DNA of 63,785 nucleotides, counting the filler, from Collodictyon triciliatum (Eukaryota): the NCBI GenBank assembly GCA_043381765.1. It is 13 parts of 13 records of this genome, joined end to end, with 100 filler letters (N's around TTAATTAATTAA, not from the genome) between each part and the next. Parts side by side here need not be neighbours in the genome. Positions count along the whole stretch, not along the records: positions 1 to 5,214 come from JBHJMP010005233.1; positions 5,315 to 10,714 come from JBHJMP010005234.1; 11 more parts are not named here. One strand, written 5' to 3'. Positions within the stretch are counted from its first letter, which is position 1; every line of letters begins with the position of its first letter. Below, in pieces: positions 1-7,765 of the stretch. The notes under the pieces were generated by a model. The model searched no databases and had not been told where the DNA came from. It saw only the letters and a program-made list of their open reading frames with translations. The translations under genes were made by a program, and so were the position numbers.

Positions 1-69
1 GGATGAGCAAAGAGGTACAAGACTAAAAGAAGTAAGGGAATACCCGAATGCCCATTTTCTTCTGGAGGA

Positions 70-112
70 TGAGCAGGGGTTGAGCAGGGGTTGAGCAGGG
101 GTTGAGCAGGGT
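70..112 (+). repeat. 11-bp tandem repeat (TGAGCAGGGGT) x ~4, G-quadruplex-capable
   Basis: Units at 70-80, 81-91, 92-102 and 103-112 (the last has one fewer G). GGATGAGCA also occurs at 1-9 and 67-75. Confidence 0.95.
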
Positions 113-117
113 TCCCG

Positions 118-282
118 TTAATCAAAAATGACCTTGACTGGCCCTTCTATGATACCGTATATATGGGGCCCCTTTTTCTTTCTGCTCTTTTTCCTCAGTG
201 CCTCCAGCTTATCAAAGTATTCTTTCAGTTCCTCAAAAGTAGAAAAGAGCAGTTCACCGTCCATTGTATATAGTCGTAGCAT
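118..282 (-). CDS. Small viral hypothetical protein (54 aa; 48 aa from the ATG at 264), absent from the ORF track
   Basis: Manual translation MLRLYTMDGELLFSTFEELKEYFDKLEALRKKSRKKKGPHIYGIIEGPVKVIFD*. It follows the ATPase on the same strand and is preceded by the shared upstream motif (TTAAATATCT-N10-ATG). Confidence 0.65.
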   Translation of the reverse strand: MLRLYTMDGELLFSTFEELKEYFDKLEALRKKSRKKKGPHIYGIIEGPVKVIFD

Positions 283-298
283 ATCTAAGACTAGATAT

Positions 299-1021
299 TT
301 AAAAAAGGATTTCTTCCGAGAAGTTCTTGTAAGCTTTGATTCTGCGGGGCACCATCAAGTTGACATAAAGGAAACAATACGGATCTGCTGTAGCAAAATC
401 AAAAACCTGGTCAAAAAGTTTCTGATCGAGATTAGTCATTTCATTGAGGGCTTCCCGTTCGTGTTTGTTGTCGGTATAGAAAGCGACGAGGTGGGAGGCG
501 TTTTGCCGTACCTTGGGATTGAATAGCCTAATGGCGTGCCCCACCACTATCATAGATAGCCTGTAGTGCCTGTGCTGCAACATTTTCTTGAGCAAAGTCT
601 TACTAGGGCGTTCGAAGGCGGTGCCCAGGTCGTCTACCACAAGGAGGTAAGCATTGTCCTTGAACTCGGGGTCACTGGTAATGTCTTTTGTGACTTGTTC
701 AAAGATTTCCTCGTTAAAGTCCTCATACATGCGGCTCTTGTGAAATTTGACACCCTCGTAGCTTGAGTCGTGAATTTCTCCTCCGGAAATGTTTGAAGAG
801 CAGAAATATACCTTGTCGAATATCTGGTGATACATTTCCCGCTTACCCAGCAAATTACTGATCAAGGTTGTTTTACCGCTAGCGACTTTTGCACTTATAA
901 GCATCCAGAAGGGTCTATCACTTTTTGCGTCAGGCAATATTTCTAGAATGACTTCCCGCTTGTTTTTCTTGGCTGTCTTTAATGGGGCAACCTCAACGTT
1001 ACTTACTTTCTTGCTTTCCAT
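299..1021 (-). CDS. A32/FtsK-HerA-family viral genome packaging ATPase
   Basis: Walker A ISAKVASGKTT, Walker B LLVVDD, Arg-finger region QHRHYRLSMIVVGH, PKVRQNASHL, and C-terminal ATADPYCFLYVN typical of PLV/virophage ATPases. Confidence 0.92.
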   Translation of the reverse strand: MESKKVSNVEVAPLKTAKKNKREVILEILPDAKSDRPFWMLISAKVASGKTTLISNLLGKREMYHQIFDKVYFCSSNISGGEIHDSSYEGVKFHKSRMYEDFNEEIFEQVTKDITSDPEFKDNAYLLVVDDLGTAFERPSKTLLKKMLQHRHYRLSMIVVGHAIRLFNPKVRQNASHLVAFYTDNKHEREALNEMTNLDQKLFDQVFDFATADPYCFLYVNLMVPRRIKAYKNFSEEILF

Positions 1022-1027
1022 ACTTAT

Positions 1028-1357
1028 CTAACGAAATAAAAGATCATTGTCGTACGAAAGTTCTCTGACTTGAGCCTTGTCTACTATCTCCTTGGTTCTG
1101 CGCTTCTCGATTTTTCTAGCCTCTTCCTTTGTCAAGTATTGTTTGATCAAGCTTAAATCGTGCTGCATTGCGCTGTAGTCGTGAATGGGCTTTTTGACGG
1201 CCTCGTATTTTTTGACAGTCTGAACGATTTCCTTGTTCTTCTTTTTAGCTTCTGTTGCTTTAGGCTGGATTCTGGCAAGGTGCGCTCTCTGCTTTTCTGA
1301 AACTACGCGTTTCTTTTTTGGTCTCTCGATGGTATCCATGTTTTCCGGGTCGCTCAT
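1028..1357 (-). CDS. Small basic viral protein, putative DNA-binding/core protein
   Basis: 109 aa, K/R-rich, with KKKRVVSEKQRAHLARIQ; lies 6 bp upstream of the ATPase. Function is inferred. Confidence 0.65.
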   Translation of the reverse strand: MSDPENMDTIERPKKKRVVSEKQRAHLARIQPKATEAKKKNKEIVQTVKKYEAVKKPIHDYSAMQHDLSLIKQYLTKEEARKIEKRRTKEIVDKAQVRELSYDNDLLFR

Positions 1358-1367
1358 ACAACCGCAA

Positions 1368-1380
1368 AGAAATAATTTCT
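1368..1380. promoter_or_regulatory. Palindromic bidirectional promoter candidate AGAAATAATTTCT
   Basis: Sits in the 33-bp gap between the divergent ATGs at 1357(-) and 1391(+). On each strand it ends in ATTTCT exactly 10 nt before the ATG. Confidence 0.65.
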
Positions 1381-1390
1381 GGCCCAGAGT

Positions 1391-2158
1391 ATGGACAAAG
1401 CGTTTTACATTTATGTTGATTCTGCGAACCGAGAAAGCGGAAGCATCGCAGATTTTAATTTCGCAACGACACAGAACAGATATGTGTCGAGTAAAGCAAA
1501 AGTCGGATTAGAGAGCATCCAGATACCTTTTGCCGTACACAATGTCACGAGTTCTAATAATGAATTGTCCTTTCTTTGCCAAGTCGGAGCAGCTAGTCCT
1601 GTTTCGTACAATGTGTCACTTGATGTTGGACTACAAACAATCCAAGAAATAGTCGCTGACATTAAAGCAAAAATGGATGCAGTCACGGCGTCCCAGTCAG
1701 CTGATGCAAAAGTTACAGTCCAATTTCTTTTCAACAAACAAAAGATTCGAATTAAAGGAGACGGAGCGAGTATTTCATATCAGCTGTTTGTAAATTCTAG
1801 TACATGTAGAGAGCTAATCGGGCTGACGGCTAATCTATCATTCAATACGTCGTTTGTTGAGATGCAGAATATGGTAAACATTCGACCCTTTGAATACGTG
1901 TATTTAGTCAGCCCCAATATTCAGTCGTCAAGTTTTGCCAGCAACATAGGCGGCAATGGCATCATCGCAAAAATACCGCTGAGTCTTGGTTCACGGTACG
2001 CAAATTATTATGAGGTCAATGACAACATTCTCGAGAATCTGATGGACTGCTCGTATATCCCATTTAGCTGGAATTTCCGATTGGTAGATAGACTAGGACG
2101 GACAATTAACCAGTTACAAGACTATTCGTTTACGCTGCGTGTAATTCCAGAGGAATAA
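1391..2158 (+). CDS. Minor capsid protein (penton, single jelly roll) of PLV type
   Basis: N-terminal YIYVDSANRESGSIADFNF, VGLESIQIPFAVHNVTSSNN, and C-terminal IIAKIPL...FRLVDRLGRTI...DYSFTLRV match the PLV/NCLDV penton pattern. Confidence 0.82.
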   Translation: MDKAFYIYVDSANRESGSIADFNFATTQNRYVSSKAKVGLESIQIPFAVHNVTSSNNELSFLCQVGAASPVSYNVSLDVGLQTIQEIVADIKAKMDAVTASQSADAKVTVQFLFNKQKIRIKGDGASISYQLFVNSSTCRELIGLTANLSFNTSFVEMQNMVNIRPFEYVYLVSPNIQSSSFASNIGGNGIIAKIPLSLGSRYANYYEVNDNILENLMDCSYIPFSWNFRLVDRLGRTINQLQDYSFTLRVIPEE

Positions 2159-2174
2159 ATTCTTGGCAATTGTA

Positions 2175-3539
2175 ATGGGGTTTTTCATAACAGAAGAAAA
2201 AGAGTTACCTGAATTTTCCAATCAAGACGCAAACAAAGTATTAAAAGTAGATGCGAGTGGGCTTTATTTACAGTGGCTGCAGGAATTAGCTGAGCTGCCT
2301 AGCCAAACTGGTAACGCAAACAGACTTTTGACGACGAACGGGACAACCCCGTCGTGGACAGATGCACCATCAGTCAGTTCTCTTACTTGTGGAGGAAATA
2401 TAACTTTTACAGCTTTTAATGGTCAACTGAGGAGAACTGATAATGTATTTATAAATTTATACGAAGAACAGTTTACCCGGGCTATATCACTAAATACCGG
2501 TTCTAATCCGGCCACAAGAAGAAGATTGCATTTACTCGAAGGTAACTTTACTATTGAAAATAGCGTTTTAAGTGTAACCAACGCGGTGACTCATACAATC
2601 GCAGGACAGTTAAATCTTACAACAGCAGGATCGGCAGCTGCCCCGTCTCTGTTATTTAATGACACAACAACACCCAGTGGATTGTGGGGCACGGACAACA
2701 ATATATTTATTGGAACCGGTGGAGTACAACGAATGAACATTAACAACGATGGTATTTTTATATCAGGTGCAAATAATGGCTTACGGGGTATATTAGATAT
2801 AACAGACAGTAGTAGTTCAGCAACAGCACCTAGTATAAAAATAAACGCATCTTCTGGAAATGACACTGGAATATTTTCCAACTTTCAGAATAGATTACAG
2901 ATTGCTGTCGCAGGGACAGAAATATTTAGATTTGAGAATGATGTAAATTCAAACTATAACATATTAAACCTCAGTGACCATCTTAGGATGGTAAATAACA
3001 AAGAAATACAGTTTGGCACAACAACTTTCGGAACAAATGCGATTAAAGGCACTTATGCCGGCGACAATTCAGAAATTTTGTTTACAATTGGAGACATTCA
3101 ACACGTCCAGTTTAAAAAAAGCCAAGTAAACTTTTTGCGAAATGTATCCTTTGGGCAATGTCCCTTATATGATTTTACTTTATTCAGTAACAATTCATCA
3201 GAGTATCAAATTGGTACAAATACACCCCCGGTTATATTTTTCAGCCCACCCGCGGCCAACAATAGCACTAATACAGTCTATTTTCCAGTGTGTGCTAATT
3301 TACCAGTGGGGTGGCAGGTGCGTATCATTTTCCACAATATGAATGATACCTGGATAAATAACAGAGGCCGTTTAAGATTTGGTACACAAACAGTTAATCT
3401 GTTTCGCACAGGGGTTTCGTCTTGGAATGTAGATGATTATAATGAATTGGTAAATGGGACAGTTGTTGATGTAATAAATTATCGTCGCGATGTAACAGCA
3501 GACAGTCGCTGGTATGTCATTGGTGTCGTTAGTCCATAA
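2175..3539 (+). CDS. Fibre/receptor-binding-like protein with phage tail-fibre motifs
   Basis: LPSQTGNANRLLTTNGTTPSW and two GSAAAPS/SSATAPS...TG repeats; N/T/G-rich beta composition; directly follows the penton. ATG 2175 is preferred over TTG 2163 because of the upstream motif. Confidence 0.7.
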   Translation: MGFFITEEKELPEFSNQDANKVLKVDASGLYLQWLQELAELPSQTGNANRLLTTNGTTPSWTDAPSVSSLTCGGNITFTAFNGQLRRTDNVFINLYEEQFTRAISLNTGSNPATRRRLHLLEGNFTIENSVLSVTNAVTHTIAGQLNLTTAGSAAAPSLLFNDTTTPSGLWGTDNNIFIGTGGVQRMNINNDGIFISGANNGLRGILDITDSSSSATAPSIKINASSGNDTGIFSNFQNRLQIAVAGTEIFRFENDVNSNYNILNLSDHLRMVNNKEIQFGTTTFGTNAIKGTYAGDNSEILFTIGDIQHVQFKKSQVNFLRNVSFGQCPLYDFTLFSNNSSEYQIGTNTPPVIFFSPPAANNSTNTVYFPVCANLPVGWQVRIIFHNMNDTWINNRGRLRFGTQTVNLFRTGVSSWNVDDYNELVNGTVVDVINYRRDVTADSRWYVIGVVSP

Positions 3540-3560
3540 ATTACGACTGTCGTAAGTCCA

Positions 3561-3593
3561 TAAACAATTATTATTAATAGTAACAATTGTTTA
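3561..3593. terminator. AT-rich hairpin between convergent viral genes (candidate termination/polyadenylation signal)
   Basis: TAAACAATTATTATT-AAT-AGTAACAATTGTTTA forms a 15-bp stem with one mismatch and one G-U pair, closed by a 3-nt loop. Confidence 0.55.
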
Positions 3594-5213
3594 ATAAATT
3601 GCCTGTGAAAGGTTTTTCGGTTTATAACCAAAGACGCTTTCTGTGACCGGGCCGTACCTCTTGCCTTTAGATGAGCTGTAATATTGAGCGTCTCGGGCTG
3701 TACCGAAAATTGCCTTTTCACCCCGTGGTCCGCTTACGACGTAATTCAGGCCCTGTCTGCGGATGACACTGTTTGGCTGTGCGCCTACAAATATTGTGCC
3801 CATGTCAGAGTTGACTACTTGCCCGAGGGACCGGTTCAAGAACGCGACTGAGCGGGTGTTAACATTTGACTGATCGGTGTACCTTGGTTGGTACTTGAGA
3901 GGCCATGCTCCAGCTGCTCTTGCACTGGCAATGATTGCGTTCAGGTCCTCTCTTGTAGTACCCGGAGTATAAAATGAAGTTACAATTTCTTCGAGATAAC
4001 TAGTGTCGCTTGTTAAATCAACTGCTTCGATGCCATATGTTGCCATAGCATTTAAGAATGTATCATAAGAATTAAAAGCGAATGTGGTGTTATTCGTACG
4101 CAGGTTAGCGGTTTCAAAGAACCGTGACACTTTCTGAGCAAATCGGCTAGCATTGGACGTGTCTCGGGAATCTCTGACTTGCGGTCTGTTTGGTGCAAAG
4201 ACTGGTGTCATACTTGGTGTAGCTCCAACAAACGAGGGGGTAACTGGATTGATACCTGCGCCGCGTTGGGAAGCAGTAAATGATTGTTGCGAACGTGATC
4301 CCATACCAGTACCGAGAGGATTATTTTGCGGCTGTCTTGGGGTTGTGGCTCCGCTACCCCCTCTGGGTGTAGTAGCACCCCCTTGTCTCAGTCGTGCTTT
4401 CAGTCTTTCTACATTTGCTTGTAGGTCAATATTTTCTTGGACGAGTCTTTGATTTTCTTGTTCTCGTTCTCTACCTTCTCGGGCTTGGAATTGAATTGTG
4501 CTACCTTGTGCCTGTGTTTGTGCCATTAAATTGCGTATGGTCTGAGCATCTGTTTCCCTGTCTGCTTGTAATTGTCGAAGTGCCTCGTCTGATTGACGCA
4601 CAAGGTCAAGGTTACTTTGTTGTAATTTAGCTATCGTTTCTTCATATCCATCCACTGTATTATCATATTGGTTTTTTAAACCCTTTATTTCTCGTTCACG
4701 TCTTTTAGTTCTATTTTGTTGTTGCTCTGGAGTACCACCAGTTACAGGGTTTTTAGCTTGCCTTTGTCTTTCAGCTTCAAGTTTGTCTTCTGCTTCTTGT
4801 CTTGCTTTTTCTGCTTCTATAAGCTCTTGTTGTATTCGTTGGTTTCTGGCTTGCTCCTCGTTAGCGCGGTTGATTGCTTGTTTCAGTCTTTTGGGTGTGG
4901 CCTTGGATGCGGCAATAGCAGCTTCTAAGTCGGCTTTTAATTTTTCTTCAATGGCAACTCCATCATTAAGTTTAACTTCTTTTTCATTTAGTTGTCTTTG
5001 TAGGTCTCTTATCTGTTCAGTTTGTTGTGCGAGTAACTCTCGTTGTCGATTGAGTTCAGCGGGGGTTGTGCTTGGTTGAGCTTGTGTTTGCTGTTGTTGT
5101 TGTGTCAATAGATCAAGTCGACCCTGTAAATCTGCCATTTGTTGTCGCAGCTCTTGATTCCTAGCCTGCTCTTCATTTGCTCTTTTAGCTGCTTCCTGGG
5201 CTAGCCTACTTGG
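3591..5213 (-). CDS. Q/E/R-rich coiled-coil viral protein, 5'-truncated
   Basis: The frame stays open upstream of 5138 to the contig end (PSRLAQEAAKRANEEQARNQELRQQM). Internal repeats RANEEQARNQ x2 and GATTPR x2; probable globular C-terminus. Confidence 0.75.
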   Translation of the reverse strand, partial: PSRLAQEAAKRANEEQARNQELRQQMADLQGRLDLLTQQQQQTQAQPSTTPAELNRQRELLAQQTEQIRDLQRQLNEKEVKLNDGVAIEEKLKADLEAAIAASKATPKRLKQAINRANEEQARNQRIQQELIEAEKARQEAEDKLEAERQRQAKNPVTGGTPEQQQNRTKRREREIKGLKNQYDNTVDGYEETIAKLQQSNLDLVRQSDEALRQLQADRETDAQTIRNLMAQTQAQGSTIQFQAREGREREQENQRLVQENIDLQANVERLKARLRQGGATTPRGGSGATTPRQPQNNPLGTGMGSRSQQSFTASQRGAGINPVTPSFVGATPSMTPVFAPNRPQVRDSRDTSNASRFAQKVSRFFETANLRTNNTTFAFNSYDTFLNAMATYGIEAVDLTSDTSYLEEIVTSFYTPGTTREDLNAIIASARAAGAWPLKYQPRYTDQSNVNTRSVAFLNRSLGQVVNSDMGTIFVGAQPNSVIRRQGLNYVVSGPRGEKAIFGTARDAQYYSSSKGKRYGPVTESVFGYKPKNLSQAIY

Positions 5214-5214
5214 G

Positions 5215-5314
5215 NNNNNNNNNNNNNNNNNNNNNNNNNNNNNNNNNNNNNNNNNNNNTTAATTAATTAANNNNNNNNNNNNNNNNNNNNNNNNNNNNNN
5301 NNNNNNNNNNNNNN
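5215..5314. other. Artificial contig spacer (44N-TTAATTAATTAA-44N); the same spacer begins at 10715, 16213, 21710, 27200, 32693, 38187, 43683, 49175, 54670, 60161 and 62095
   Basis: Identical 100-bp linker with stops in all six frames; most contigs between linkers are about 5.39-5.40 kb. Confidence 0.98.
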
Positions 5315-5741
5315 ATGGAGTGTGCGTGCATTCTCTCGCTCCAATGATTCACCCGAACGAGAAATCAATGTAGCCAGGCTGGAAAGCCTCGTGCAATACA
5401 GCTTCTTGAACAGTCTCTAAAGCACGCTCGCATTCTTCGCTACTCTGACCGCAAGCGAAGAGAGATGTGAGAATGTGTCGTGCGATATCTCCCACAGCAT
5501 ATCAAACCTCTGCTACCCACACAACCAATCAACCAGTCGCGCTGCTCACCTGACCAATTCGCTATCACTGATTTCTCTCCAGTGGTTGCATCTTCATAGT
5601 AACGTCTTCTCCTACTCGCGTTTGCTCTCTACCATGCGCACCTATCTTGCCCCGTTGTATGGCATAACCTCGCTGCACTTTGAATCAAATATAGGGGAAA
5701 AAGTGCGCGAACACACGGACCGTGCCGGCTGTATTGTCTGG

Positions 5742-7241
5742 TCAGTGCGCGTCTCTGGACCGGCCCGGACACTCGGCCTGCAGGGACTCAGCCGTGGCAA
5801 AGGCATCTGCGCAGTAGAGGCAGTAGCGGTGCGTCTCACGCAGGTAGCAGAGGGCGGCGTCCAGGGCATCGGCCAGCTGCCGCCGCGTGGGCCCAGCCCG
5901 AAAAAGCATGCATGCATAGAAAGGCAGAGGCAGAGAGCGTTAGAAGCCGCGTGTGCGTATGGGGCGCCCAGTGGACTCTGTCGTACCTGCAACTCCGCAA
6001 ACGCATCGTCCGCCTCCGCCTGCTCCGCTCCGGCCGTCGCCGATTTGGCCGCCTGTGCCGGGAGCCACATCCAGTGCCGCTCGATGCCCTGATTACAATC
6101 CCCGCCGAAGGGGCCTTGCGTGTGAGTGCGTATGGTATGTGTGTGCGGAGGGCGGAAGTAAAACTCATGCGGGGTTGGCTCTGTCAATCGACGAGATGGG
6201 AGTTCGTGTGGGGGAGGTGCTGAGGGAGAAGGAGAGGGAGGGTTGCGCTTTTCTGATTCGGTGCACGTACATTTCTTGTGTCCAGGGTCTCGATGGTGCT
6301 CCTTGCCTTGTGTACGTCCTTCTCGTTCAGTCTGTGATGCGTGTGAGGAAAGAGGTGGAGAGGTTGCAGAGTGCAGTCATGGGCTGCCGTTTACCTCTGG
6401 CAATAATGTGGTGATTGTGCGGAATCCGGCTGGGTACAAACCTGTCTTCGAATCTACTGCTCATCATCAACCGGAAACGCTCCTGGTTTTGTCTTCCCTG
6501 CTGGATTTTCATCTCAAATGCCTCTGCTCGTTGCGATGAAATCCCAATCCCTTCTCGCTCTAAAATTCGTTGGTTTCTTTATATATAAACAAAGCAAAAA
6601 AAAAAAACCTGAATGATGTTTATGTATGCACATGTTTCTTATTTTCATTTCAATAAATCAGGAGCTCGGTGAATGCCAATATGAAGCAGTCAAAAGTTAA
6701 GGAGCTTGGCGTCAAAATACCTACTCTCGCTGAAGCTCACAGCAATAGGCTCCACGCGGCCAGACTCCTCCTTTCCAAGCCCTTTCCCTTCCCTGGCATG
6801 TTGTCCGTATTAGACCTGCTAATCAGTCTAGGAGTATAAAATATATAGATATAATCCACCACAGCCTCCCTCTGCGTATCCACCCGACGAATAAAATCCT
6901 GTCCATATTGTATTCATCTCATACCGGTATCCCATCTTTGCCAGAAGTTGAAAGCCTTTGGACTCGTGGCCTATGGGCCGTTGCATCCCTTCCAGCACAG
7001 ATTCTTTCATCCGCTCCTTCAGCGGGGCTATCTTTCCACTCTCCTTTTTTCCTCTCCCCTTCGAGACTCCCCCGGGTGCGCTTCTGCCTCTCCCTGTGTG
7101 GCCCCGGCGGCTGCAACCAGACTCAGCCGCACCTGCCGATTCAACCAGAAACTTCGGATCCATGTAGTCTGCCTCCGCGTCTTCAGCATCGTCCTTTGGA
7201 AAGCCAAGACCTGCGCGGGGCTGCTCCGGCTGCTGCTCCAT
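5742..7241 (-). CDS. GPATCH11: G-patch domain-containing protein 11 (multi-exon)
   Basis: N-terminal DYMDPKFL, G-patch SKGFQLLAKMGY, and C-terminal DUF4187-like exon LDAALCYLRETHRYCLYCADAF...CPGRSRDAH* (stop 5742-5744). Confidence 0.88.
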
Positions 7242-7550
7242 CTGCCTCTTCGCCCCTCTCCAGAGTATTTGTAGCTCCAGTCCCGACTCTCCTTGGCCAG
7301 CCGAACAATGATCGTTTTAGCGCCTGAAGCACATCTTGCGATTCATCTGCAAGCTGCTCGCTTTGCTTAAACCCTGTCGAGGGGATGCTCATTAGTGAAA
7401 TTATAAGTTGCAAATAAAATATAATTATTAAACATTATATGTATAATTGTAAAATTTACAGTTGATACTACCATTAAATCGGAAAATATATTAAATTCCG
7501 CATTTGTCTTGAATGGATTTTCTTTGATGCAGAGCCACACCTAACCAAGA

Positions 7551-7578
7551 AATCACGAATCACGAATCACGAATCACG
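7551..7578 (+). repeat. 7-bp tandem repeat (AATCACG)x4 in the divergent GPATCH11/RTN4IP1 intergenic region
   Basis: Direct reading of the sequence. Confidence 0.9.
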
Positions 7579-7765
7579 ATCTCCCTTCCTCCGATCACCG
7601 TTCATCTTGCGCTTGTCCTATTGTCCAGGCTTTCCAATCCTCCGTCCGTGTAGCATTCTAATAAGGCCTAAACATTTTTTTTTTTTATTGTCCTTTCCAT
7701 TCTTTTTTTTTTTCCGTACATCGCCATCCCCGCAAAGGTAACTTTTTCAAAGCACAATTCAAAGC

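Larger units (their letters stand above)
1..5214. mobile_element. Polinton-like virus / virophage-like element (Preplasmiviricota), partial
   Basis: Gene-dense and intronless, with intergenic gaps of 6-51 bp, unlike the host contigs. Encodes an A32-type packaging ATPase, a single-jelly-roll penton-like protein and a fibre-like protein. No major capsid protein, pPolB or integrase is visible, and the contig is truncated. Confidence 0.88.

Noticed and set aside
70-112. Telomeric repeat (GGGGTT) or CRISPR array
   Set aside because: The unit is an 11-mer with no spacers and only ~4 copies; there are no cas genes.
5259-5270. Recurrent palindrome TTAATTAATTAA about every 5.5 kb, resembling a regular repeat or recombination site
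   Set aside because: It is always centred in 44+44 Ns and is an artificial six-frame-stop linker.
5475-6414. Several overlapping 100-200 aa ORFs in a GC-rich stretch suggesting a mobile element
   Set aside because: Mostly explained by GC-rich 3' exons and introns of GPATCH11 on the minus strand.
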